This document shows positions 48,991 through 60,823 of a DNA stretch of 64,000 nucleotides, in pieces. The notes under the pieces are model-generated. The model had not been told where the DNA came from. It made no database searches and saw only the letters and a program-made list of their open reading frames with translations. Made by a program: the position numbers and the translations under genes. Source of the stretch: Felis catus (Eukaryota); the NCBI RefSeq assembly GCF_018350175.1, contig NC_058368.1, forward strand, positions 190,590,001-190,654,000, in the 5' to 3' direction. The number at the start of each line of letters is the position of its first letter. Position 1 is the stretch's first letter.

Positions 48991-50174
48991 AGTTTGTTGA
49001 GATCAGAATTTACTGGTATTCTTTATAAGGGAATCTGGTTTTAGATACTTAAATACACATCTAATTGACACCAAAATCAACGTCCCTCCTCAATGTCTGC
49101 ACCCATCAGTCTGTTAAGTGCCTTTTCTATTAAGAAACATATTTGGTTGGAGAATATCCATTTGGCCAGGGGGGTAAAGATGAGGGAGATAAATTAGTTG
49201 GACCAGATTACAGGATATCTCAGAGTTTGAGCTTTTAAAGAATAAAGAAAGATCTTTGTGGTAACTATCCATGGTACTAGAGTCGGGGTTAATTATTGGG
49301 TTCTGGGGACCTTGGAGGATTATCTATTATGGAGTCTTTACAGAAAGGAGAGGAACAGTCAGATGTTGGAGAAGAAATCATAAACTGCAGTATCATGAAA
49401 GCTAAGGGAGGTGGGTTATGATGCCTAGAAATCATGGGAAGGATGGCTTGTAGATATATCAAATCGGTATAAAACTATTTGAAATTAGAGAATATAAGGT
49501 CTTCTAACTTGACAAAACAAATCTGGACTGTTGAGGTAGGAATTATGTGAGTTCGAAGGATGAGAGTGAATGAAGGTAGCAGTGATCAGAAACAATCTTC
49601 AAGAGCAGAGAGCATCAATTATACAGTCACAATTTAAGGTAGCTATCCATCTCAAGTTGTGGTAAAAGTTTTCTTTGGTTTCTTTTTATGTCTCTTAAAA
49701 GGGGGAAGGGTTGGGCCCTTCCTCACCTAGTCTTTGCTTGAAATCCAGTAGGGGAGCCACATTTGTACAACCTTGGTGTCCAAATAAAGCTTAGATGTGT
49801 GGCCTATTCTTTGATGTCAAATCTGTAGTAGAGCTTTGTAACCATCACAGGGACCCGAAGAACATTTTCAAAGATCTTATTCTTCTGTGGAATGGAAGGA
49901 GAGGCCACCTTAAATCCCTAGGTATTCTGTGTTCAGAGGTCTTTTCAAATTTGACCCATTGGCAGACTTGAATAAATGGACTGAAAATTGAAAATTAAAT
50001 AATTTTTTTGGCTAAGCTTAAAAATGATTTTTGTTCATCCATTTTGTAAAATTAATGGTTATAAACTTGACTATACTTAACAGTTTAGGAAAACAGATAT
50101 GAACAGCCATATTCATGTTACCTGAACATCATACGTCATAACTTAAAATTATCAGTGGTTCTTTGTCATTCTTA

Positions 50175-50177
50175 AAA

Positions 50178-50220
<43 letters not shown>

Positions 50221-50222
50221 AT
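50175..50222. repeat. (AAAT)~12 microsatellite
   Basis: Directly visible. Confidence 0.97.
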
Positions 50223-51059
50223 ATTTTTTTCATATAGTGGCAATGAACTTTCATTGCAACACTAGGCCTTTTTAAATTATTTGAAACAAGTGATATTCTA
50301 TAGTTTCCAAAATTAATATATAAAATATTCCATTGATTTGATGTGCCATAATTTATTTACCTATTGCCTCTATTATTGGAGAAAAGACAAATTCCATATT
50401 TTTTTTGGTAAATATACATTGCTATAAATAATTTTGGATCTATACATTTTTCTTCCTGTAGACTATTTATAGGATCAAAGATATGTTGTTAATTCTGTTT
50501 AATAGAAAAAGAGCAGATACTAGTCTTTTTTGAAAAAGTTTATTATACAAATATTATAAACACAAGAATGATAATAAGAAAAATATACCTATAATACCAC
50601 CATCCAAATAAAACAGCTTTCTTCATTTTTCAGTTTTTCTAGAAGTCTTGCTTTATGTGTATACATAATTTTTATATATTTAACATTATTTTTCCATATG
50701 AAACAAAATCCTTACAACTCTTTTTAAAGGCAGCATGATATTTCATAAAGTTAAAATAACCATGATCTAATTAGTCTTCCTTTTCATCTGGTTAGGTAGT
50801 GTTGCTAATTTTTCCCATCATTAATTTCGACTATAATGCTATCACTATTGCCAACAACTTTTTTTCTATTTAAATACTGTTGAATTTTGAATTTGGATGA
50901 ATTTTGAAAATGGGATTACTAGGCCAAAGGGTATGAACATTTTTATAACCCACTACTTCCTGAAAGTCTACACTAATGTCCACTTCTCCAGTGTGCAGAC
51001 ATGCATTTGTCTCAACTATTTTTCTTAGCAAAGGTAGGCAACTTCATAAAATGGAAAGA

Positions 51060-51235
51060 ATTTTAGTTGAAGTTAAAACTCAGCATTGACATTTGCTAGT
51101 AGAATTGCCCTAGGCAAGTTCCTTAATTTGTTTGAACATTATTTCTGTAAAATGGAGATAATATCTACCTTAGAGGGTTAAACATAGAGTATAAAATACA
51201 ACCTAAATACAGGGCCCTTAAATGGTCACTATTTA
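51060..51235 (+). mobile_element. MIR
   Basis: 'ctaggcaagttccttaat...ctgtaaaatggagataatatctacct'. Confidence 0.7.
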
Positions 51236-54200
51236 ACTCATTTGGTATGTTAAAAAATCTCATTGATTTAATTCCATTTTCTTTGCAAGGGTATGAGCAT
51301 GTTTAACCACATTTATTTGATAGATTTAACCACACTTTATTTAGTAGGATCTAGGTTGGACTTTTTAACATTTCTGAAATCAGATTGTATTTTAAAGTCA
51401 AAGTAAATATTTAATATAGTAGGCATTCTTTTGTTCTCCTTGAAAAGTGGTTATTAATTCTCTGTTACATCTTCCAGTGTTTTTAGAATGAAAAGTATAT
51501 ATTTTTTCTTGTGTGAATAATGTGCTTATCATCTCTTTTGTTCATTTATTTAATGATTTCTTGATGATTTTCTTATTAATTTGAACTCCTAAAAGCATAA
51601 CATTTTTAACCATTTCTCCTGTTTTTTGCTATTCTATTATTCTTTTTTTAAAAAAATGTTCTCTTGTGTTTGGGGGTGGGATGCGGAAGCAGGAACTACA
51701 AAATTGCATATGCTTCAATTTGCTATTCTCTCCTCTTTGCAATTTCTTGTTATTCTTCCTCAGATCCTGGGTAGGCAATTTCCTGTTAATTTTTTTCTTA
51801 TCTTTTTCATAGCTCTTCATACTATGTTGTAATTGGCCTTTTTAGATCTCTGTCCACCCCACTGGACTCTGGGATATTCAAAGGCAAAGGAGAGTGTGTT
51901 ATTTATTTAGAAGAGAATAAACATTTAATAGATGCTAGATGAGCAAATACATTTAACCCTGGTTCCGTGGAGGTCATTTAAAGTGTAAGTCTAAAGCTCC
52001 CTTTCTCTATCATCACCCATAAATTTGCTGATCAGCTTTCCTAATAGCAGTCAAATACTCAATATATTTTTCTTTGGTTTGTAGTAATATTCCAACTATC
52101 TGCTTCCCTGGCGCCAGACACACACCCTCATTGCGTATTTAATATCTGCAGCTGTTTGTTTCATTGTCAAGATTGCCCATTTGTGAGCTGAATGGCCACC
52201 TAAAGAAAAGAGAAGGATGTTTGCCTAATAGAGAAATAATACTAAATGCAATTGATCTGTGTATCTATTTTTGAAATATCACTATCTTCATTATTGCTAT
52301 TTTGTGTTTTGAAATAGTCCATCATTTTAGTGCCTTTTTTTGTGGAGAATATTCCTTAACTTTTTTTTTTCTATTTTATTTTGCCGAATAAACTTTAGAT
52401 TTATTTTGTTTACTTCCCAGAAAATTTCTGTTGGGATTTTGATGGAATTTTGTTAAATGTGTAAGTTAACTTGAAGGAAGACAAAATCTTTACCAGTGTT
52501 AGTCTGTTCAGCTAAGCATTGATCTCTTCCTTTTAGATTTATCTGATTTATCTCTCTTAAAGTTTGTAATATTTTTTTGTATAGGTTACAACAGATCTCA
52601 CAGTATTTTTTTTCTGTATACATAATTTATAAATATATGTTTGCATGTATATTATAAATAAAATATAAGCAATAATGTGTTGATACTGGAAAAGTTATAT
52701 CTTGGATGGCATTTCCTACACAAAACTATTTTACTTGCACTTAAGAAACTAGCACTTTTACCTTGTTAATTTAGGTTAATTTTTTATAAATTGTACACTT
52801 TATAAGTTTTTCTGTTTTTTTCATAAGGAAAAATCATGTTGTAAAACATGCTAGAACATATTTAAAATTTTACATGTGTGTCTCAAACTTATTTTTATGT
52901 TTTTTAAAATTTCTGAGCAGGTTTGTCTATTTTAGACTTTTGTTTTTGACTTTTTAAAGAGGTAGGGTGCAGAATTATTTATGCCCCCTTATATTTATTG
53001 TTGATTTTGTTGTTTTGTTGGTTGTTTTGGAAACTTCAGTGCTTTATTGATTCATTTTTCAATTGATATGTTTAAATGCTTTTATTTCAGAAGTCTTTTT
53101 TGGCCAAATTCAATAATTTGTACTGTTTTTAATTATTAAGCTGTAGATAGTCTGGGTTCTTTTCCCAAATCATAGATTAGTTAGGGAAGTGTTTTTCAAT
53201 TAGGAAATTCCTAGGATTTTCTGTTAATATAAAATATATCATCTATTTCTACTTTCAGAGAACTTAGCCTAAAAACAAAGGTTGTTTTAACTTTTTTCAT
53301 TTTGAGATATTTATTTCTTCTATATGATCATAGCCTGTCAAAGAGAAGTTGTTTCTTTGGTGCCACGTTTAAGGGTGTGTGTGCATGTTTATTATTTATT
53401 TATTTTTTTTGTGCTTTTCCAGGTTGCAATTTAGAAGATAAAGAGTAGAAAAAATTTCCTACTACAATCATATTTGTCCATTTTCTTCTTATATTTCAAA
53501 GTTGTAGGTTTTTGTTTTTATTACTTGTCTGATCAGTATAATGGTTTAATCATGTATATCAGTAAGACTAATTTCATCATCATACATTGTTCATCTGAAT
53601 GTCTCCCAATATTTTTTTATCATAAAGTCTACTTTAAAAGATGATTTTACTTTTATTCAAGTTGTATGGGTTAATTTTTGCCCAGCCTGTTTTAAGTGCA
53701 CCTTTTGACTTAAGTCTCATAATAAGTTAAAACAGATGATTTAGTGTTGTAGCTTCTACTTTTGATTTAGTATCTATTTCCTAAATTTTGCCACTTGAAA
53801 ATTCTTACTTCCTGTTAAAATATATTATAATTTGGAAGATTCTGTCCTCATATTTTGTATGCCCACTTTAAATTCTATTAAGAGTTATCTTGAAATATTT
53901 CACAAGCATTTTATATTCATGTTTAATTCTTGTGCTAGGGAGTTCCAAAGGCTTATATGCTGTCTGTCCATTAATAGGTCATGAGAGCCTTCCTTGGGGC
54001 CTGTAAATTAATCATAAATTTTAAGTGTTTGGTATTATTGAGAGTAATTAAAATTTGGCATTCATGAACCAAAATGAACCCATCATTGGACTTAATTGGA
54101 GAAGCTAATTCAAACCTGTTGTTCACAATGTACGTCTCTGCACTATGATGCCTGTTCCCCACCTTTGGGTCTTTTAACTCTGACAAAGCAAGTCTGGATT

Positions 54201-57200
54201 ATTAAGTGGGTTGCAGAATCTTACATCTTTTTTAAAGGAGTCATGATCAGAGGAAATGTAAAAGTTGCTGATTTATACTTATTTCCCACTTAAAAAATTT
54301 TCCTTTCAAAGAAGCAAAGGAATAGACTTCTTTTTAGTTTCCTGGTTATTTTTTCTGCTTTCCAATTTTGTGTCAACATTGATGTCAATTAATTTGACTC
54401 ATTAGTATCTTTCCCTCTATTAGTGTTTCTTTATCATTTTAGAGACACTTCATTTTTGTCCATCAATGCATCAGGTCTCTTGAATGGTGATTTCTCTGAT
54501 TTAACTCTCTTTGATTTAGATTTTTTTGTGTGTGGTATATTCCCACCTCCCAATACCCCCAGACAAACTATACCCTGCATGGGAATCAAATTTTTATCTT
54601 AGCCTTTTACCTTGAGAATTCAATAATACTGCTTTAGTGTCATTTGTAATCAGGAGCTAAATTTGTTGAGATGTAGCCTATCATGAAACATATAGTTGGG
54701 AATGGACACCGGTTCTGTCATGTATTGGTTATGTAAAATTTATCTTAGATTTTCTAGATGAGAAAATGACTTATCTACCTAAAAACATATTATGAGGATC
54801 AATTTAAATGTCGTTACTCTTTTATAAAGTTTAAAAATGAATATAAGCATTCTACGGCTCCAGGTTGGAAGGTAAATAAATAAAGCACAGTACAATGTAG
54901 AATTATAGGAGAAATCAGAACAAATTCATAGGGGATTTGAGGAAGAATAATGAAGGCCACTGAGACAAGATGATATGGGAATAGGATCCTGAAGGATGAT
55001 GTCCTGGGGTCGGGTGGTACTAGATGGAAGGGCATTCTAGGCGGATGGTAGTATGTGTGAAAACTCAGCATTGTGGAAGGCCAGGAGACAGGAGATGCTC
55101 AACATAGAGGATTGACTGTGGTGGGTAGATTGGAGTGGTTCTGTTGAGATGACTTCTATCATAAATTGCTTCACTCACGGCCCCATCTAGGGCAGTGATG
55201 CTAGGATATTCTTTGGAAGACAATGAAAGGTGATTAGGTCAAGAATGGGCCCCTGGCTCAAACATGGCTTATTCGTAGGCAGACCAGAAATGCTAAGGTA
55301 GTCTGATTAAAAAGATTTTACCTAAAATTGACCAGTCACATTGGATTCAGAAGGGGGTATAGTATAACATAGCAAAAGGAGCCTATGCAGGACATCAGGG
55401 GAGCGGTCGAAGCTGTTTTCCTGACCTTCAAATCCTGGGGACTTCCCAATTCCAGGCCATGTATTACTGTAAAAATAAGCTCTCTTTTATGAGGCAGCCT
55501 GTGTGAATCTCTTCTGAGAGCCAAAAGTGGCTTAATCAACATGTCAGGCCACTGATCAAGGAAATGCGGAAGAGAAGTTCATCTGAAAATTTATTTCTGA
55601 GGTAGAGTCAATAGGAGTGACTGACTTATCAACTGTGAAAGAGGAAGTCCCTAAAGAAGTGGACAAGGGTGCTTTCCTTCTTACCAATCATTATTTTTAT
55701 TAATATATTTTACAAGACTGCAGTTGAAATAATATTAAATACAAATTTTTTTTATACAGAAAGTGTAATAAAGTTAAAATAGTTCCTTGTAGTTCATAGC
55801 ATTATTGCAATGCTTACAAAATTTTTGCATAGAGTGTGCAAGGATCGATGTTATTTAAAACAAAACAAAACAAAACAAAACAAAACTAAACTAAAAGGCT
55901 CTTCCTCTTACATCAAACCCAAACCCAGAGAAAAACAAAACAAAGCCCAAAATAACCCAAAGGCTGAACTCAATTGCTTTATGGGAATGGGGTTCCTTTT
56001 TCAAAGTCTCCAAGCAAGTGGAACTTCTTTGCCCACTTTTCTGTGAAAAGCACCAGAACCTGGCTTCTCCAGGGGCGTATCTAGCCAGAACAATGACGGA
56101 TGGTCTCTAACTTTTCCCTTTAAAATATGACCTCCTTAAGAGGTGTGTTTTTCCTTCATGGCCTCAAAGGGAGAAACTTTACTGAGGAGGTAGGTGGTTA
56201 ATACATAGAAAACTCCAACCCCACCCCTCACCAAAACACTGCATACAAAATAAGCCAATTTTGTGTCTATCCAAAATTCAGGTGTGCCAACTCTTCCCTT
56301 TGCTGCTTAAACCTCCCCCCCCCACCCCTCCTTATCAGGGAACCTAATTTTTGGCTCTGGTGATGTTAGTTCCATGAGACTCATTAAGGGTACCCATTTC
56401 TGATTTGCCATTGGGACACATTGATCAGTAAAAGAAAATTACTGAATGACTTACCCTGAAACAGGGCTTTTGACATTTTTGAACTCGTCCCTTTATTAAG
56501 GTTTTATGGGGTAAGGTTGAGCCAGAGGGGATTATAGGACTCTGGCTCGTACTGGGTCTGTGTCTGTTGGCAGCAGTGGGAAGTTCTGTCTACAAACACC
56601 CAATAGATCAGATATGTGCTGTTGAGAAAGCAAGAAAAGCAGGATGAACCCCAGTCTCTTTGCTGCTGTGTTCTCTCAGCTCTGGGTGGGGGCAGATTGA
56701 TCATAGGACCTTAATATGGGCATACTGGTTTATAACCTGTTCAGATGGTCCCTGGCTGAGTTAATTCTTCAAAATGATTTTAGGTCTTTTAACTCTTACA
56801 TATCAAACCCTCATCCCTTTGCTCAAAAGATGAAAGTGCTCCAAAGCCACCAAGTTGTAAGGGACTTCAGATGTACTCATCTTCTCCTTCAGTAGTTAGA
56901 ATGCCACCAATCTCATTGCTGAATCTAGGACACCAGTTAAAATGTATAGGTTCAAGGTTAAAGAGAGCCACTGTTCAGACAAGAATTGGCAAATAGGTCC
57001 CATTTCCAACTCAGATCAATGGTTGTGATGGCCTGAGAGCTTTGTCAAGAAGAATTCTGCTCACAGGGAGGGGTATGGCCCATTAGTAATGGTTGACAAG
57101 GTATGGCATGTGGGTCTCCAGCCATTATTAGAGCCTAAGTGGCCACCTTGGGTATTGAATGCATAATGCTAACTGAGTTCTTGCTACAATGGCAGAGATT

Positions 57201-57694
57201 GAGTTCCCTTCTATTTGATTCTTTCCTTAAGTTTTGCCACAAGTAAAGGTCAGGAAGTATGATAATCAAGACCTCATCTAAAATAAGATCTTTGTCTTTT
57301 GAAGTGAGGAATAGGAGAAGGAAATGTATGTGTGCAGAAATGCTGACTTGCTTAGCCTATGCCTATAAATCACTAAGTATTACAATTTTCTCTTAACTGT
57401 AATGCTGGCACCCCAGACATCTTTCAATCTGTAAGGACAAGAAGTCTGACTTAACAAGAATCAAACAGAGCAAACAAAAAAAAAGCTTTTTTTTGGTTCC
57501 AGATTCTATTGTTCAGACAGATCACTTATATTTTCACTGCAGATATCTCTACTTTAGTACTGGATGCTGTCATGGATGAGAGACTATAGAGATAAAAGTT
57601 TTATAGCCTCATCCACCCAAGAAGGTCTAGTCTAACAGCTGGTAGGAGACACTTCTCAACACCTTGAAAAATAGTTTGACATATTGGTGACTTC

Positions 57695-57935
57695 ATAGCA
57701 TAGTGGGTTGGAGTTAGACCCACATTCTAGCTCTGCCCTTTTCTAACGAGTGGCTTTGGGCAAGTTTCCTAATCTCTTTAAGCCTCAGTTTCCACATCTG
57801 TAAATTGGAACTATAATAGAACTTAACTCAAAGGATTGTTTTCAGGATGAAATAAGTGAGTGCATATAAAACACTCAGCATTGTGCCTAACATATAGTGC
57901 TTAATGAACATCAGTCAATGAAAATTATTATTGTA
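57695..57935 (+). mobile_element. Near-complete MIR
   Basis: 'ttgggcaagtttcctaatctctttaagcctcagtttccacatctgtaaattgg...cactcagcattgtgcct'. Confidence 0.88.
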
Positions 57936-60603
57936 ATTGGAGAATAGAATCCAACATTTGACATATTTTAGAGAAGGCTTCAGATCCATAAAAGTCACTT
58001 CCATTTTATGTTAAATTTTGAGGGTGTGATACTTTTTGGAGAGAAGTTTGAGAACTTTGCTCAGATTCTCAAAAGAATCTATAACCCCCAAATTCAGTAT
58101 CATCACCAACATCTTCCTCATTAACAATTATCGTTTTCCTGCCTTAGGACACTCCTTTGCTATACTGTTCCTATGTAACCAAACTTGTCAGCTGGGAATT
58201 TCTCACATGATGAAATCTGAGCTAACTCTGACTGTCCCCAAATAACCCAAATGGAGAAGTAGGCTGTGAAGACAATGGCAGACGAGAGACCACTAGGCAA
58301 GTCTAGCAGGGGCAGAGTAGATTTTAGGTAAAACAGATGTTTCCTTCTTCATGTTTGTTGTATTTATCTGGCCTCAGCTAGGGCTCAGCAATGAAGCAAA
58401 ATCCCCTCATTCGCTACTGAGGATGTCTACATGCCTAATGAGGCATCTTGGACTACTTTGGCTTCCTATTATGACAGGTGGCTTTAGATTCTAAAAATAC
58501 TTCTTGCTTACAGCAAGTTTTCCTTTGTTCTATTCTAATTGCGAAATTCATGGACACGGAACTGATATTCACACTTGCTGGGCTGACAGTGAGGAGTAGC
58601 AGTTACCATTGCTGTTGACCTTCTGAGACTGTTCAGTAATGGATTTGATGACATCAACACTGTTGATGACATCACACTGCCTATTGCATCAAGGGGCCTC
58701 ACATTCTTGAACTGCTGTCTTTTCTCCCAGGAAGATGCTAATTTTGTACTCTATCAGTATCTGCAACAGTAAGTGTGTGTGTGTGTGTGGGGGGGGGGGT
58801 AAAACCAAAGCAAATAACTTCTGTGAGCATGAGTCACCCCAAACTTGCTATTTTTTTCCACACTTGTGCTCTAACAATACTCAAAACAAGGACTTCCCAC
58901 AAATAATTATTTTTCCTTTGCCATTCAGACCTGCCTTGAGAAATGTCAAGGACTCCATTATGAAGAAAGCTTTTCAGAACCATAGAAATCCCATTGCGTT
59001 AGAAAGTGCTAATGTGTGTGGTGTGCTAGTGGAAGCAGCAGGCTTCAGACTGCTTTATCTCCTATCAGTGGGTTTAGCTTTGTGAATGAGAAATTCAGAG
59101 GCAACCGTACAATTTTAAATTCAGATTGCCACAAAGAAAGAGATGCATCTGACATCCCAATGCAGTAGTTTTGACTATTTCACTGGAAATATGTTAGAAG
59201 GGGGGGAACCTTCCCCTGAGGAGAAAGTGATAAAAGACCAAAAGAGATACATTTTTATCTTTGAGATAAAAAGCCTGTTTTCTAAGGTTGTTTCTTTTAT
59301 TATAACTTTTTCCCCCACCTGCTACTGGAGCACCACGCAAATGTATCATTCCAGAAACTGCTTCGTTATCCTTTTATGCCTAAGATTTCCTAGTGCTGGG
59401 GAAAGAGAGCAAATAGTCTTGTTTGTAACTTACTTAAATGAGGTTCTCACCTTTCACAGATCCTTAAAAAAATAAGGATCAGGTGCTTATATGGATCTGT
59501 TTGTCTCTTTGGTCCAAACATCATGCTACCTTTTGCCTAAAATAAACAAAAGCAAGATATTCTCATGGAGCTGCTTCTGTGGAGGGCAGTGTTGCCAATT
59601 TAATCCCCTTTTGGTTGAATCCAGATAAAATGCAAAAGGGCTCTTTCTGTGACATTGATTAGGGTCTGATAAATGGTGGTCGATTTCCTTAAAAAAAATC
59701 TTTCTGACATGAACATTCATGCTTACAAAGAGTCATTCATTATTGATGCTATTTTAACAATATTGAATATAAGTATGGACTTAGCAATAGGCTATTGACT
59801 GAAGGGAGAAATCTCTGGTAGGAACTTGCCTTACTACACAGAGGTAGACATGGTAGAATTCAAAATAGGTCTTTTTTTGCACTCCTGCTACACCAAAGAA
59901 CACAGACCCAACTCCTTGGAAACAAAATCAAACTGGTATTGATCTGGTTTCCCCCTCAAAACACCTTCATAAAAGACTTTTACTATATGTTTTTCTTCCC
60001 GCATATTTTCAGATGCTGCCTCCAAAATTTCTTATTATTCTTTCAACATTATTTATTGGTCCCACCAACCATTCAGGCCTGGTGGGGATGTAGGAATGGC
60101 AAGCACACTGGAGGTATAAATAACTGAGGTGATGGACGTCAACAAGATACGTTAGGTCAAAAGTGTTCTCTGGAGGACCATGGAATGTGCGTTTTTCTGG
60201 AACAGGTGATGGTGAGCTGGAACCTATGAAACTGCAGAACAGTCTCTTCAGGAGAAAGATTCTAAATTTAATTACAGGACCTTTGCTTCTCTTCTTGTCT
60301 TACACAATACTGACCAGAGAAAGCACCTCTCTATTAAGGGTTCTAAGACAACTCTTGGAGAATCACAGCTTTCCTTTTGCACTAAGGCTTCCTCTGATTC
60401 CATCTTCCCTTTTCTCAAGAATCCTGTGAACTTGGATTTCTAAGACAAGTGGATCACTTTTATACATAGTGTAGGGCTAATCTTTTTTTCTGTAGGCAAG
60501 TATTTATATTTCCAAGCATCCAGGGAAATGTAGGGTTACTCCATGCTTCCTTGGAATTCGTTTTCCTTCCAGGTCTAACACATGGCACAAATGACCTCTA
60601 GGT

Positions 60604-60823
60604 CAGGGGTCGGCAAACTTTTTCTGTAAAGATCCAAATTGTATTTTATGCTTTGCAGGCCATGAAATCTCTGACACAGTTACTTGGCCCTGCTGTCACA
60701 GAATGAAATCAGCCACAGACATCAAGGAAATGAGTAAATGTGTCTGTGTTACAATAAAACTTTATCTACAAAGACTGGTGATGACCCAGGTTTGGTCTAG
60801 GGACCACAATTTGCTGACACCTG
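60604..60823. mobile_element. MER58A-like hAT-Charlie MITE
   Basis: TIRs caggggtcggcaaa / tttgctgacacctg; 8-bp TSD ctctaggt / ctctagag (6/8). Confidence 0.88.

Noticed and set aside
50230..55700. Probable very old L1ME/L2/MIR debris
   Set aside because: Too degenerate to delimit or name by eye, apart from the MIR listed
57477..57494. A8-GC-T8 palindrome
   Set aside because: Homopolymer-based and expected by chance in AT-rich DNA
58646..58740. TGATGA motifs as box C of a C/D snoRNA
   Set aside because: No properly placed CTGA box D or terminal stem downstream
59440..59550. Tiny minus-strand AG...GT intervals of 12 and 7 nt
   Set aside because: Too short to distinguish from chance without transcript data
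60592..60605. TGACCT-CT-AGGTCA everted half-site pair
   Set aside because: Created by the junction of the hAT target site and the MITE TIR; most simply coincidental
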